DNA from: an uncultured virus (IMG/VR IMGVR_UViG_3300018080_000012)
Taxonomy: Duplodnaviria; Heunggongvirae; Uroviricota; Caudoviricetes
Reading direction: 5' to 3' (one strand)
IMG/VR virus record: IMGVR_UViG_3300018080_000012
Length of the DNA stretch: 64,000 nucleotides
Below are positions 29,700-39,204 of the stretch, piece by piece. The notes beneath the pieces were generated by a model that saw nothing but the letters and a program-made list of their open reading frames with translations, was not told the DNA's origin and ran no database searches. The position numbers and the translations under genes were made by a program. Within the stretch, counting starts at the first letter, position 1. The number at the start of each line of letters is the position of its first letter.

Positions 29700-31433
29700 T
29701 TACGGAAGAGCTGCTTTTAGTTCATTTAATGCACCAATAATAGATGTTGCTGTAAATCCTGAAAGTCCAGTTACTCCTGTTTCAGAAATGGTAACAGCTG
29801 CGGATAAATACTGATCTTGAAATTGAACGTTACCACTATAGCTTTTTATTTGAACATTGCCAGTGGCCCATGGTAAGAGACTTCCTTCACATCTAAAAGA
29901 AATATTATCATCTACATCTATCTCCATATAATTATCATTATCTTTTTTTATCTTATATCCACCAAGACTTAAATCAGCAGTTAACGGATTTGATAATCCT
30001 CCTGCCTTCAATTCATTTAATGCACCAATAATAGACGTGGCTGTAAATCCTGAAAGTCCAGTTGTTCCTGATTGTGATAATGTTATTGGGCTTGATAAAA
30101 ATCCATCTCTTAACTGCATTATACCATTTGCAGTGCCAAAAAACATAGCTCCATCAGCACCAAGCTTAAAGTTTAAACCATCTGTTGTATAAAATTCAAA
30201 TCCACCAGCTTGATCTCCAAACCAAAAAATACAGTCATTTATATCTGTCTGCAAAGTTAAATCATCAGTGGTTTTAATACCGATGTTATTATTATTGATA
30301 TCCAAATAACTATCAGCATCATACTGTATCTTATATCCACCAGTTTCTAAATCAGCAGTAAGAGGGCTTGACAAAGCACTGGACATATCAGATGAGAGCG
30401 CATTTATAACACCCATCAATGAGCTTTTACCATCATAGACATTTAAAGCAGTAACACCAGCTTCATCTATAAGAGCAGGACTTCCCGCGCTAAACTCTCC
30501 TGATATACCACCTTTAAATTGAACTTCTTGTGCAAACCACGATTCTTCTCCTATCTGAAACCACTGATCCATACCTGCCCCATAAGAAATTCCAGAAGGA
30601 GTTATTTGGATATTACCATCTGTATCATCACCAATTTTAAGAACAGGAGCACCATCCATATAAAGAAATATGCCTTTTTTTAAATCTTCACCGCCTTCAT
30701 CCCAGTAATGAAAAGCACCCCATATTGTACCAAAAATTTCTTCATAATCTACAGTGGAATGTGCTTCAATAAATAAAGCATTATCAACTACATCATCAGT
30801 AACTTTTACCTTATATCTTATATTCTCATCATCTACATTTATAACTCTTTCTACACCTATCTGTGAATCATATACTTCGTCAAATGTTACAGCTCCACCA
30901 CCCGCTTTTAACTCATTTAAAGCTTTTATAATAGACGTTGCTGTAAATCCTACAAGAGCATCAGTTCCTGTTTGTGATAATGGAATTGCTGCATTTAAAA
31001 AAGAATCTTTTAATAAAACACTTCCAGCTCCAATTTGAATGTATGTATTATTATCTTGTTTTATCTTATATCCGCCAGTTGCAAGATCTCCATCTAAAGG
31101 GTTTTCAACGATTCCACCTTCTACAGTATCAAGTGTTATAAATTTAGCAATGATATCAGTTTTATTACTTCCTATAGATGTTATTTCTAATAATCCTAAT
31201 TTTCCATCCTCAAGACTTGAAGGCTCTGAAGACACCCATCTCCAATTAGAATCAAATGTCAAATTTATGTTTCCTACTGCTTCTATATATAATTTTAATT
31301 CTTTTGATTTTTCTTTTTGTAAGCCTTCTATACCGATTACAATATCAGATATTGCAGAAACTATTTGAACTGGCGCCAGATCAAAGTCTACAACAAGACT
31401 TCCACCTATGCTACCCAGATGTCTAACTTTCAT
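29700..31433 (-). CDS. Head/collar fibre-like protein 1 with internal repeats
   Basis: Three PL..DL..GGYKI and three GFTATSII.ALNELKA repeats. Confidence 0.55.
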   Translation of the reverse strand: MKVRHLGSIGGSLVVDFDLAPVQIVSAISDIVIGIEGLQKEKSKELKLYIEAVGNINLTFDSNWRWVSSEPSSLEDGKLGLLEITSIGSNKTDIIAKFITLDTVEGGIVENPLDGDLATGGYKIKQDNNTYIQIGAGSVLLKDSFLNAAIPLSQTGTDALVGFTATSIIKALNELKAGGGAVTFDEVYDSQIGVERVINVDDENIRYKVKVTDDVVDNALFIEAHSTVDYEEIFGTIWGAFHYWDEGGEDLKKGIFLYMDGAPVLKIGDDTDGNIQITPSGISYGAGMDQWFQIGEESWFAQEVQFKGGISGEFSAGSPALIDEAGVTALNVYDGKSSLMGVINALSSDMSSALSSPLTADLETGGYKIQYDADSYLDINNNNIGIKTTDDLTLQTDINDCIFWFGDQAGGFEFYTTDGLNFKLGADGAMFFGTANGIMQLRDGFLSSPITLSQSGTTGLSGFTATSIIGALNELKAGGLSNPLTADLSLGGYKIKKDNDNYMEIDVDDNISFRCEGSLLPWATGNVQIKSYSGNVQFQDQYLSAAVTISETGVTGLSGFTATSIIGALNELKAALP

Positions 31434-31480
31434 AGTTTTTCTCCTTTATATATATTTTTAAAAATATAATTTCATTTAAA

Positions 31481-31511
31481 ATGTAGCCGATAATTTTCAT
31501 ACCGGCTACAT
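31481..31511 (-). terminator. Intrinsic terminator
   Basis: ATGTAGCCGGTA...TATCGGCTACAT hairpin plus TTTT after 31520. Confidence 0.7.
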
Positions 31512-31519
31512 ATATTTTT

Positions 31520-32002
31520 TTAGTCTTTCTTTATAACAAGAATAGTAACGAGTGCAATTGTACTTGCAATTACGTCACCAGCGCAAACTATCTGTAAAGT
31601 CCCATCTTTTGCAATTTCAGAATAGTCGTTATCAATTGTTGCAGGTTTAACCATCGTTTTATCAACAGCGCAAACCATTGCATTTGTAATATCATTAGTA
31701 CCATCTGTTAATTTAATAGTACCATTTGCAGATGCACCTCGCGGCTGTACAATAACATCAACAATCTCAAATTTAAAAGGAGCGTCTGCATCAAAAATTT
31801 TGATATCAGCAGCTCCAGTTGTCACATCCTCAACTATAGCAATTAAAGGAGCATCTTTACTTTCAAGAGTTCCTAATTTAGCAGCATCTACTTCATCATC
31901 ACCAATATGACGATTTTCCACTGCTTCATCAGAAATATCTTGAGGAGATACGCCTTCTATAGTTGAATCAGGATTATATGTACTAGCTGTTCTTTTAGAC
32001 AT
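31520..32002 (-). CDS. Probable capsid decoration/minor head protein
   Basis: Near MCP; beta-sandwich pattern (APFKFEIVDV, GT..LTDGTN.IT). Confidence 0.45.
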   Translation of the reverse strand: MSKRTASTYNPDSTIEGVSPQDISDEAVENRHIGDDEVDAAKLGTLESKDAPLIAIVEDVTTGAADIKIFDADAPFKFEIVDVIVQPRGASANGTIKLTDGTNDITNAMVCAVDKTMVKPATIDNDYSEIAKDGTLQIVCAGDVIASTIALVTILVIKKD

Positions 32003-32017
32003 TTTATTTTTTCCTCC

Positions 32018-32302
32018 TTATTTTCTTATTGTACAATAAACAACGGTAACAGAAGAACCTGCTGATGCTTGAAAACCCCCATCTAACTTTATTGGAAACC
32101 AAAAATCAACATCGCTTTCAATTACTAGAACTGTACCGCCATCTTTGTCTTTTAAGGTTGCTGCATTTGACCCTGTAGCTCCGTAAATACCTAGAATAAA
32201 AAAAGTAGCATTACTATCTTGTTTATCTAAAGAAGATCCTACTAAATATTCTTGATTATTTAAAGCAGCTATATAAAGGTCGTTTATATTATATATTCTC
32301 AT
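32018..32302 (-). CDS. Hypothetical virion protein (start revised to MRIYN)
   Basis: GGAG SD precedes ATG at 32302; longer track start lies inside the MCP hairpin. Confidence 0.5.
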   Translation of the reverse strand: MRIYNINDLYIAALNNQEYLVGSSLDKQDSNATFFILGIYGATGSNAATLKDKDGGTVLVIESDVDFWFPIKLDGGFQASAGSSVTVVYCTIRK

Positions 32303-32321
32303 AATATTCTCCATATAAAAC

Positions 32322-32349
32322 CTATGCTGGAGTTTTATCTCCAGCATAG
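32322..32349 (-). terminator. Hairpin/terminator after major capsid gene
   Basis: 11-bp perfect stem CTATGCTGGAG/CTCCAGCATAG then GTTTT. Confidence 0.7.
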
Positions 32350-32369
32350 ATATTTATATTGTTAATCCA

Positions 32370-33842
32370 TTACAGATCAAGTAAAGGATTTCTAATTGCT
32401 TGATTTACACCTACGTTTTTAAATAATACATAACGTAAAGGTGCATACCATTTAGGTACAACATAGAAATTAACTGTACCCCATCTGTAAGGAGCGATCT
32501 TTGCATATTCTACCTTATGAATAGGAGCCAATTGTGAAAGAGACATAGTTCTAAGTTCTCCAGCAACTGTATTATCAAGTAATACAGACTGTGAAGTACC
32601 GGGAATCTCTTCATTCTTATCTTGATATGATGCGGCTGCTGCCGTTACCGTTGTCAGATATCTAAAAACACCTGACGCGGGAGATGTTTCACCATAAATT
32701 TCATAAGCTGTAGGTGCATAAGGTCCGCCACCAGATGTTATAGTAATTGTCAAAGCTCCACCAGCTGCAACTGTTTTTACAGTTGTTGCTGCACAAGCTG
32801 CTGATTTACCATATTGATTGATGGCTGAGACTCTATATTGATAATCGCCTGCAATTCTTCCACCACTACCAGAAGCTGCCCATAATGAACCCACAACTGT
32901 AGGAGCATTTATTGCTACTGAAGCTGAAGGTGTTGCGGGAGCTTTTGTTGATGTTGCACCTTCTATTAAAGTAGAAGGAGTTGATGGATCTTTAATTTTA
33001 GGAACGCCTTGAGCTTCAACACTTAAGAAAATATCAGGCTTTAAATTGAAGTTCCCAAAAGCTGTCCTCATCTGTGTCACCGCGTGTCCAAGAGCAAGCA
33101 ACCCGCTTGTTGCAGAAACTGCTTCTACATTAATACGAGCATTGTTTGCTGTTGTACTCAATAACTGATCTATAGAAGTCTGTACAGCAAGTGAATTATA
33201 CATGTCAGTTGGAACACCAAAATTAGCTGCAATTATTTCTGCTCCATCTCTCATGTTTGCTTCTGTAATTGTTGAACCTCTAAGATCTATAACGTGATCA
33301 GTCGAACCGTTATTCTTAATTGTCTTAATAATACCATCAAATGACTGAGGTACCATCGTACTATCACCATAGAATAAATTCTTTTCAGTTGTTCTAAGAG
33401 CTCTCATCATAGCTGCCTGTACTGAAAGAACTTCTGCATTAGAAATTGTTTTGACATACGGTAATACATCAGAAACTTTCCAAAGCGTTCTCACATACTT
33501 AATGACAGCGTAAGCTCTTCGAAAATCAGGATCTCCTTCTTCTGGGTTTTCCATCTGACTTACAAAACCGCCTTCTGTTCCATATCCGTCCTGAACTGAA
33601 TATTCTTCAAGAGTACTATAAGCTTTTGTTATACCTATATCCTTAAAGAGTTTTAAATGCTTTTCCTGAAATGTAAGCATTGCTAACGTACTTTCAAGAG
33701 ATTGCATCTGGAGAGCTCCACCTTGATTAAGTGCAGCGATATCAGTCACGCCTTCCTGAGCTTGAAGGGCTTTAACTAAATCATTAACTTCAGCAAGAGA
33801 GGATTCTCCATAGCCTTCAAACATTTGTTCACGAAAATCCAT
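32370..33842 (-). CDS. Major capsid protein precursor (SPO1/A511/Twort-type)
   Basis: DLVK|AL...GGAL..QSLE..L.MLT, FYGD, FDG, VIDLRG, D.NE.IPGT, LAP, AP....FKNV. Confidence 0.92.
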   Translation of the reverse strand: MDFREQMFEGYGESSLAEVNDLVKALQAQEGVTDIAALNQGGALQMQSLESTLAMLTFQEKHLKLFKDIGITKAYSTLEEYSVQDGYGTEGGFVSQMENPEEGDPDFRRAYAVIKYVRTLWKVSDVLPYVKTISNAEVLSVQAAMMRALRTTEKNLFYGDSTMVPQSFDGIIKTIKNNGSTDHVIDLRGSTITEANMRDGAEIIAANFGVPTDMYNSLAVQTSIDQLLSTTANNARINVEAVSATSGLLALGHAVTQMRTAFGNFNLKPDIFLSVEAQGVPKIKDPSTPSTLIEGATSTKAPATPSASVAINAPTVVGSLWAASGSGGRIAGDYQYRVSAINQYGKSAACAATTVKTVAAGGALTITITSGGGPYAPTAYEIYGETSPASGVFRYLTTVTAAAASYQDKNEEIPGTSQSVLLDNTVAGELRTMSLSQLAPIHKVEYAKIAPYRWGTVNFYVVPKWYAPLRYVLFKNVGVNQAIRNPLLDL

Positions 33843-33843
33843 A

Positions 33844-34587
33844 TTAATTCACCTCCTGTTTTGATATATTACTTTTAATCAAATTAAGAGTATCGGGCTG
33901 AAGTGATTTCAGATCATACCCAGATAACTCATATTTAGTAATCTCGGCAGAATCTACTGAACCTTCCTGAACTGCTTTCATGAGTATTCCTTTAACAGCC
34001 TTTTTTGAAGGCATATTAATTGAATCTTCATTAAATCCAGATTTTTCTAATACATCTTCTTTTGTTATTTTACCTTTTACTCTGTTTGGAGTATTACTGA
34101 TCCCTTCTACTTCTTCTGAAATTGATTTAATCAATTCAGTTGAAGATTCAAAAGTTTCAGCAATACTTTTTTGAAGATCGTTTGCTTCTTCCTGTGATTT
34201 TTTTAAATCACTAATCTCTTCTTTCAAACCTCCAATCTCGTCGATTGCAGTTGAAAGAACATCAATAAATGATTTAAGAACAGGAACAGCATCAATAACT
34301 TCTTCATTATCGGCAATCGTTTCTTTTAAAGATTTTTCAACTTTAGAACTTTCTTCTTCTTCTTCCTCATCTTCGTCTTCTTCGTCATATTCTTTCATAT
34401 AATTCTTGATTTTCTTTCTCATTTTTTCACTTTTTAAAAGCTCTTTGATCTCGCTATGAGATTTAGATTTAATAAGATCTCCCATCTTTTCAAGATTTTC
34501 ATCAAGAGTCTTTTTTAAATCTTTTTCTTCAGAAGACTGATCTTCCTGAGGAGCGGTTGTGGAATCAATTTTTTCCTTATCGCCCAT
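33844..34587 (-). CDS. Scaffold-like protein
   Basis: Acidic coiled coil between protease and MCP, with many hydrophobic-x-K-S/A sites (LIKS x3, LLKS, VEKS, LKKS, LQKS, LEKS, LMKA). Confidence 0.7.
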   Translation of the reverse strand: MGDKEKIDSTTAPQEDQSSEEKDLKKTLDENLEKMGDLIKSKSHSEIKELLKSEKMRKKIKNYMKEYDEEDEDEEEEEESSKVEKSLKETIADNEEVIDAVPVLKSFIDVLSTAIDEIGGLKEEISDLKKSQEEANDLQKSIAETFESSTELIKSISEEVEGISNTPNRVKGKITKEDVLEKSGFNEDSINMPSKKAVKGILMKAVQEGSVDSAEITKYELSGYDLKSLQPDTLNLIKSNISKQEVN

Positions 34588-34602
34588 AATATTTACCTCC
34601 TC

Positions 34603-35514
34603 TTAAAATGTTAATTTAGCTATTGAAGCACTATTTGTTGCAATTAGCTTTATAATTTCTTCGGCTTCTTCTTTATTGAAGCCTTTATCTTCAAAATATT
34701 TTTGATAATCTGAATAATTTCCTTTTAAATTACCTGAGACAAGACTATCCATAATGAATGGAATTGCATTTCTTATTTTTCTATAATCAACGTTTTTCTT
34801 TTTCTTATCCCCTTCAATAGATTGCATTTGAACAGCTTGTCCACCAGAAAGATTTGCTATATTTGTAACGCTCCCTGCTTCTAAAGCTTTATTTAAAAAT
34901 TCTACATCAGAAAATGATTTTAAGAATTCATCATAAGACGAAAATTGTATTTCATAGTTCTCATCTCCATTAAATGACTTTATTAAACTTACTGAAGTTT
35001 CTTGGTGAACAGCTTTCTGCAACGGAGTGATAGCGATATGTTTGAGACTTATCTTAGAAATTGAATTTATTTTTTTCTTCGTAGCTTTATCTACATCAGA
35101 AGATTTTTGTAATATTTTCCCACCCAAAGAAGCTCCAAATATTTTACTTCCATTTCTTAATGCAGGCATTATTGCATTGTCTACATAAGGATTCCCTTTA
35201 AAAAGAAAACCGTGACATACGGGTACTCCTCTCTCTGAATCTATAAACAGTTTCTGAGGCTCACCAATTATTGCAGTCGCTCTTTCTACTGGAGTACTTC
35301 CTAAAATAGAAATATGATCATAGTCTATTACACCATCATAAATGAAAGATTTTATACAATCATCATCAAAAGCTTTTAAAAGTATTTTATCATTTACTCT
35401 ATCTATTGTAGGCTTGTTTGGAATAATTTCGACTGGTATTCTTCCATTTGTTTCTTCTCCAGTCTTTTTAATTAAAGCAGGAAATGAAAATTGATTTAAT
35501 TCCATATTCTCCAT
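34603..35514 (-). CDS. Prohead protease
   Basis: DR.ND.I, G.IDYDH, IIGEP, GASLGG (catalytic Ser), IAIT..AVH..T. Confidence 0.85.
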   Translation of the reverse strand: MENMELNQFSFPALIKKTGEETNGRIPVEIIPNKPTIDRVNDKILLKAFDDDCIKSFIYDGVIDYDHISILGSTPVERATAIIGEPQKLFIDSERGVPVCHGFLFKGNPYVDNAIMPALRNGSKIFGASLGGKILQKSSDVDKATKKKINSISKISLKHIAITPLQKAVHQETSVSLIKSFNGDENYEIQFSSYDEFLKSFSDVEFLNKALEAGSVTNIANLSGGQAVQMQSIEGDKKKKNVDYRKIRNAIPFIMDSLVSGNLKGNYSDYQKYFEDKGFNKEEAEEIIKLIATNSASIAKLTF

Positions 35515-35518
35515 AAAT

Positions 35519-35558
35519 AAAAAAAAGTCCAGTATGCCCTCTTAAACATACTGGACTT
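35519..35558 (-). terminator. Terminator-like hairpin immediately upstream of protease gene
   Basis: AAGTCCAGTATG...CATACTGGACTT plus T-run right before the gene. Confidence 0.8.
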
Positions 35559-35612
35559 GTGTCCTTAAAAATAAGATTGTATACAAAAAAACCTTTGTTA
35601 CTTAATAAGTAC

Positions 35613-35672
35613 AATATATATCAGCTTCATTGAAAAGTAAACCTATTTTTTCAATATTTTTGAAACTTTTTT
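35613..35672 (-). promoter_or_regulatory. Putative class-II promoter with TTTCAA-N5-TTGAAA palindrome
   Basis: TTTACT-N17-TATATT; palindrome at 35649-35665; same layout as upstream of the portal. Confidence 0.65.
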
Positions 35673-35703
35673 AGGTAAGAAATACTGTTAATATTTAATC
35701 TTA

Positions 35704-36261
35704 TCATTTATTTTTATTTTCATTTTGTCCCCTCATAATCCAAACATAAGGCAAATCATCTCTTATATCTGGAAAAAACTGTCTATAATATTTTGGATCC
35801 TTTCTGACGAGATTACTCTTGTGGCTATCAGTAAATACCAAACTATGTATCCATAAAGGAAAATCAACATGACCGTTTATATTCTCATATTCCATATTAT
35901 TTTTAAACCCTCTTGACATCCATACTGATAAACAAATATTATAATATAATTTCAAAGCATTTTCATAATTATACCACATTTTTACTATAGGATGATTTAT
36001 ATAACCAAGCTTTTTTATTTTGCCACCACATATTTTTGATAATTCCACATTAATAATATCATTTAATTTTACAGAAATACAATATGATTTTTTTTCTCTA
36101 TATATAGCTCCACATTTATTACATTTATATTCATACCTATTTTTTTTATTTTTTATTATATTCAATATTTGCTTAGCCTCTACTCTCTGTTTTCCAAGCC
36201 TCTTATTATCAAGTATAGAAATAGATTTATAAAAATCTGAATATGGTAAGAATGTCTGCAT
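35704..36261 (-). CDS. Pyrimidine-dimer DNA glycosylase family (MSMEG_6728/DenV-like)
   Basis: MQTFLPY, LD.KRLGKQRVE..QI, HP.VKMW, SH.SNL.RKD..YY, LPYVW. Confidence 0.85.
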   Translation of the reverse strand: MQTFLPYSDFYKSISILDNKRLGKQRVEAKQILNIIKNKKNRYEYKCNKCGAIYREKKSYCISVKLNDIINVELSKICGGKIKKLGYINHPIVKMWYNYENALKLYYNICLSVWMSRGFKNNMEYENINGHVDFPLWIHSLVFTDSHKSNLVRKDPKYYRQFFPDIRDDLPYVWIMRGQNENKNK

Positions 36262-36267
36262 TATTAT

Positions 36268-36519
36268 CTACTCCTTTATAATATTTCCTCCAAAAAAATT
36301 ATACTCTGGCAACAATGTTTCTCTTTTTTCTATATCTATTTTCATTATGCGTTCAACACTACCATAACACATATTATTATGTATATCGCCTTCAAATACT
36401 TTAACATATATATGCTCATCGTCTTCCTGAAATACATGGCCAATAACAAAACTCTCAATATATGAATAATATTCTGTGTCTCTTCCTTTTAATTTTATTT
36501 TTTGAATATTCCAATTCAT
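36268..36519 (-). CDS. Hypothetical protein
   Basis: 83-aa ORF with SD. Confidence 0.55.
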   Translation of the reverse strand: MNWNIQKIKLKGRDTEYYSYIESFVIGHVFQEDDEHIYVKVFEGDIHNNMCYGSVERIMKIDIEKRETLLPEYNFFGGNIIKE

Positions 36520-36642
36520 TTACTTCTCTCCTTATTTTAATTATATACTACTAATAATATTTGTTAACAACACCCTGCAATAATTGCTGAATACTCTCTT
36601 ATCACTGTAGAGAGATTTAATATATTAAATCAATATTATATA

Positions 36643-36936
36643 TCAAAATTGTGTAATAACCCAAATTCTATAACTATCACAAAAATCATAAAACTCGTCC
36701 CAAAAGTTATTGAATTCTATTAAATTTTCTGAGCATTCAAGTTTATCAACTATTTCTTCATACTCCATTATAGCATCATCACCAAATATTTTTTCAATCT
36801 TTATATTATGTTTTCTAAGTACTTTACAAATCTCATCTCTAGCTTGATTAAAAACTTCTACATGTAAATAAAGAGCTTGATCTGGATATTTTTTCCAAAC
36901 ATCCTTAATATCTAAGTGTAATTTCCATTTTTCCAT
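36643..36936 (-). CDS. Hypothetical protein
   Basis: 97-aa ORF with AGGAGG SD; YDFCD.YRIWV end. Confidence 0.6.
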   Translation of the reverse strand: MEKWKLHLDIKDVWKKYPDQALYLHVEVFNQARDEICKVLRKHNIKIEKIFGDDAIMEYEEIVDKLECSENLIEFNNFWDEFYDFCDSYRIWVITQF

Positions 36937-36951
36937 TTTACACCTCCTATG

Positions 36952-37019
36952 AAAAACAGGGTGGAGAAAACATACAGTCAGTTGAAACTGACGGGAGGGT
37001 ATGTAAAAAACTCCACCCC
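36952..37019 (-). ncRNA. Long interrupted hairpin (terminator or small RNA)
   Basis: Nested stems GGGTGGAG/CTCCACCC, ACATAC/GTATGT, GTCAGTT/AACTGAC, then TGTTTTT. Confidence 0.5.
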
Positions 37020-37041
37020 TACATAACGGTTAGGTTATGTA

Positions 37042-37428
37042 TTATAATTTAATATCAAAATATTTAAGTATATAATCAAACACTTCATAGAAACTTTCTG
37101 GTTTAAAATACTTCGTTTTTGTTTCATAGTCTTTTTCACAATTTTCATTATTCCATTCAAAAGGATATACTACAATACTATCAGAATTTCTATTTTCTGC
37201 AAATGATAATTCTTTTCTAGTAGTTTCTTTAGTTTCATTGTTTCTAATACTAATGCGCAAAGTGTATCCTCTTTCTCTACAATTTTCAAAATTAGAAATT
37301 ACTAAGATCCTTCCATTTAAAACAAACTTAATGCTATCTTTATGCTCCATTATCAAATTGTAAATACATTCAGCCTGCCAATTTCTTTTTACATTGTTAA
37401 TAATAAAACCTTCTTTTTCTTTACTCAT
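37042..37428 (-). CDS. Hypothetical protein
   Basis: 128-aa ORF with SD; NCRERGY and FAENRNSD.IVVY motifs. Confidence 0.6.
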   Translation of the reverse strand: MSKEKEGFIINNVKRNWQAECIYNLIMEHKDSIKFVLNGRILVISNFENCRERGYTLRISIRNNETKETTRKELSFAENRNSDSIVVYPFEWNNENCEKDYETKTKYFKPESFYEVFDYILKYFDIKL

Positions 37429-37440
37429 AATTGACCTCCA

Positions 37441-38343
37441 TTATTTTTTATTTTCATATTCTTCTTTTTTTACTTCAATAACTTCTGGGTCTTTTTCAAG
37501 AACATTTTCATTAAGCTTTGCACGAAGATACTTACTGTAAATAATTTTTCCGTTATCTCGATAATCTTTATCATATTTATAAGTATTAATTAAATGATAA
37601 AATTCAATCAATTCTTCTTTACTAATTGATCTCTTATCATAATAAGATTCATCATCATACTTTGTTCTTCCACAAAGAATAGTAACTTTCTTATCAGTAA
37701 TTTTCTTGATCTCTACATACTTGTAAATTCCTCTTCCTATTTTGTAACATGAAACCCAACTCGCATTAAAATAAATCTTATCTCCTTCTTTGAAAAAATT
37801 GATCATCTCATCATTTTTGATTTTCTGAATTTCTATGTCTATTTCATTAATAGCTTTTTCTAATTCGTGTTTCTTTGATCTTAATTCTTTAATTTCTCCT
37901 CCGAATACATTATTATATCCTTTAATGAGAATACTCTTTAAAGGATGTTTTCCGTTTTTTAAGATCTCTGCAAGTTTTCCTAACATCATCAGATAATCTA
38001 GACATTCTCTTTCATTTTTCTCATCTTCTCTTGTTGAAAACCAGTTTAATTCTAAAGGAGAGTCTTCAATCTTTTTCTTTTCACTCCAACTTCGATGCAA
38101 ATAAATATTAGCTTCATTGTCATATTGATTTTCTCCAATCTTGCGAGAAAATAAAACAACTGTAATATTTCCGAGTGACATATTAACTCTTACATTCTTA
38201 GCTCCAACATCAAGAGATTTAGTAACCTCTTTGTTCGTTTGATCAATAGCATTTTTTTCAAATATGTACAATTTTTTACAGAGTACATCACGTTCTTTTT
38301 CAAAAACTTCCTTTCTTAAATTTAAACTTTCAATCTTATTCAT
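37441..38343 (-). CDS. Hypothetical protein, first gene of accessory island (start revised)
   Basis: GAGGAG SD before ATG at 38343; the track start overlaps the promoter. Confidence 0.6.
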   Translation of the reverse strand: MNKIESLNLRKEVFEKERDVLCKKLYIFEKNAIDQTNKEVTKSLDVGAKNVRVNMSLGNITVVLFSRKIGENQYDNEANIYLHRSWSEKKKIEDSPLELNWFSTREDEKNERECLDYLMMLGKLAEILKNGKHPLKSILIKGYNNVFGGEIKELRSKKHELEKAINEIDIEIQKIKNDEMINFFKEGDKIYFNASWVSCYKIGRGIYKYVEIKKITDKKVTILCGRTKYDDESYYDKRSISKEELIEFYHLINTYKYDKDYRDNGKIIYSKYLRAKLNENVLEKDPEVIEVKKEEYENKK

Positions 38344-38356
38344 AATTTTTCTCCTC

Positions 38357-38414
38357 TTTATTATTATAATACCAAGAAGCAACGAAATAGTTAACCGACT
38401 ATTTTATTTATTTT
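38357..38414 (-). promoter_or_regulatory. Putative class-I promoter, near-perfect repeat of 57912-57969
   Basis: AT-rich UP-like tract, GTTAACT-N17-TATTATAAT, AAATAGT/ACTATTT inverted repeat over the -35. Confidence 0.75.
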
Positions 38415-38625
38415 AAATATCTATTATTTCTTTTACTTGAAGAATATCTGAAGATTTTGTAAAAGATAATGGAAGAGCAACAACATTTTTACATTTTAAA
38501 CATCTGCCCAATACATTTCCATCGTTGTTTAAAAACACTAATCTAGATTTTATTACAATTTCTTTAGAAGTAATATTGCTATTATCAACGATATTACTTC
38601 CACAATGTGGACATTTATATATCAT
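38413..38625 (-). CDS. Small zinc-ribbon protein
   Basis: CPHC...CLKC. Confidence 0.65.
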   Translation of the reverse strand: MIYKCPHCGSNIVDNSNITSKEIVIKSRLVFLNNDGNVLGRCLKCKNVVALPLSFTKSSDILQVKEIIDI

Positions 38626-38816
38626 TTTATTAATATTTTCCTATTCTTTAAATTTACAATCATTGATTTTTTTATTCCACCACCTCCCATTTTCTTATAA
38701 ACTGAAGTTACTATCGCCCAATATTGTTCATCAGACATCCCTTTTTCTCTTTTAACTGCAAATTTTGCTTTAGTCCAAATGCCCTCATCTTTTTTATTTC
38801 TTATAAATCCCGGCAT
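38622..38816 (-). CDS. Small helical protein (ChaB-like pattern)
   Basis: MP...DE.IW.KAK...YWAIVTSVYKKM then IKKS site. Confidence 0.45.
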   Translation of the reverse strand: MPGFIRNKKDEGIWTKAKFAVKREKGMSDEQYWAIVTSVYKKMGGGGIKKSMIVNLKNRKILIK

Positions 38817-38826
38817 TTTATTTCTC

Positions 38827-39204
38827 CTATATTACTTTATATTTTAATTGTAATATTTTTTTATCTTTGTTATTATTGTCCAATCTATATAAAAACAAAT
38901 TTTCTTTATATACTACTATATAAATTAATCCTTCTATCATATTATCTATATCAATAGAAGAAAGTTTATTTGTATGAATATGAACATGATATATAGCAAT
39001 TAAATTATAATTTGTAAAATATATTTTAAGCAATGATTTTAATTTACTACAAAATCCCATTTTAAATTTATTTTTATTTTTTGATTTATTTTTTACTGGA
39101 AATAAATTGTTAATCTTATTTACAATACTAGTAGCAAAGCCACATTCTTCTCTTTCTTTTATATTTATTAATTTATGATATACTTCTTTATCTATTAATA
39201 TCAT
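38827..39204 (-). CDS. JAB/MPN+ metalloprotease domain protein
   Basis: EECGF ... IYHVH ... LSSID, i.e. E, HxH, SxxD. Confidence 0.7.
   Translation of the reverse strand: MILIDKEVYHKLINIKEREECGFATSIVNKINNLFPVKNKSKNKNKFKMGFCSKLKSLLKIYFTNYNLIAIYHVHIHTNKLSSIDIDNMIEGLIYIVVYKENLFLYRLDNNNKDKKILQLKYKVI

Noticed and set aside
7692..31433. Diversity-generating retroelement or invertible fibre switch
   Set aside because: No reverse transcriptase or recombinase seen; fibre repeats are in-frame protein repeats
38344..38382. Track N-terminal extension of ORF 37441-38382
   Set aside because: Overlaps the promoter and SD; the start is better placed at 38343
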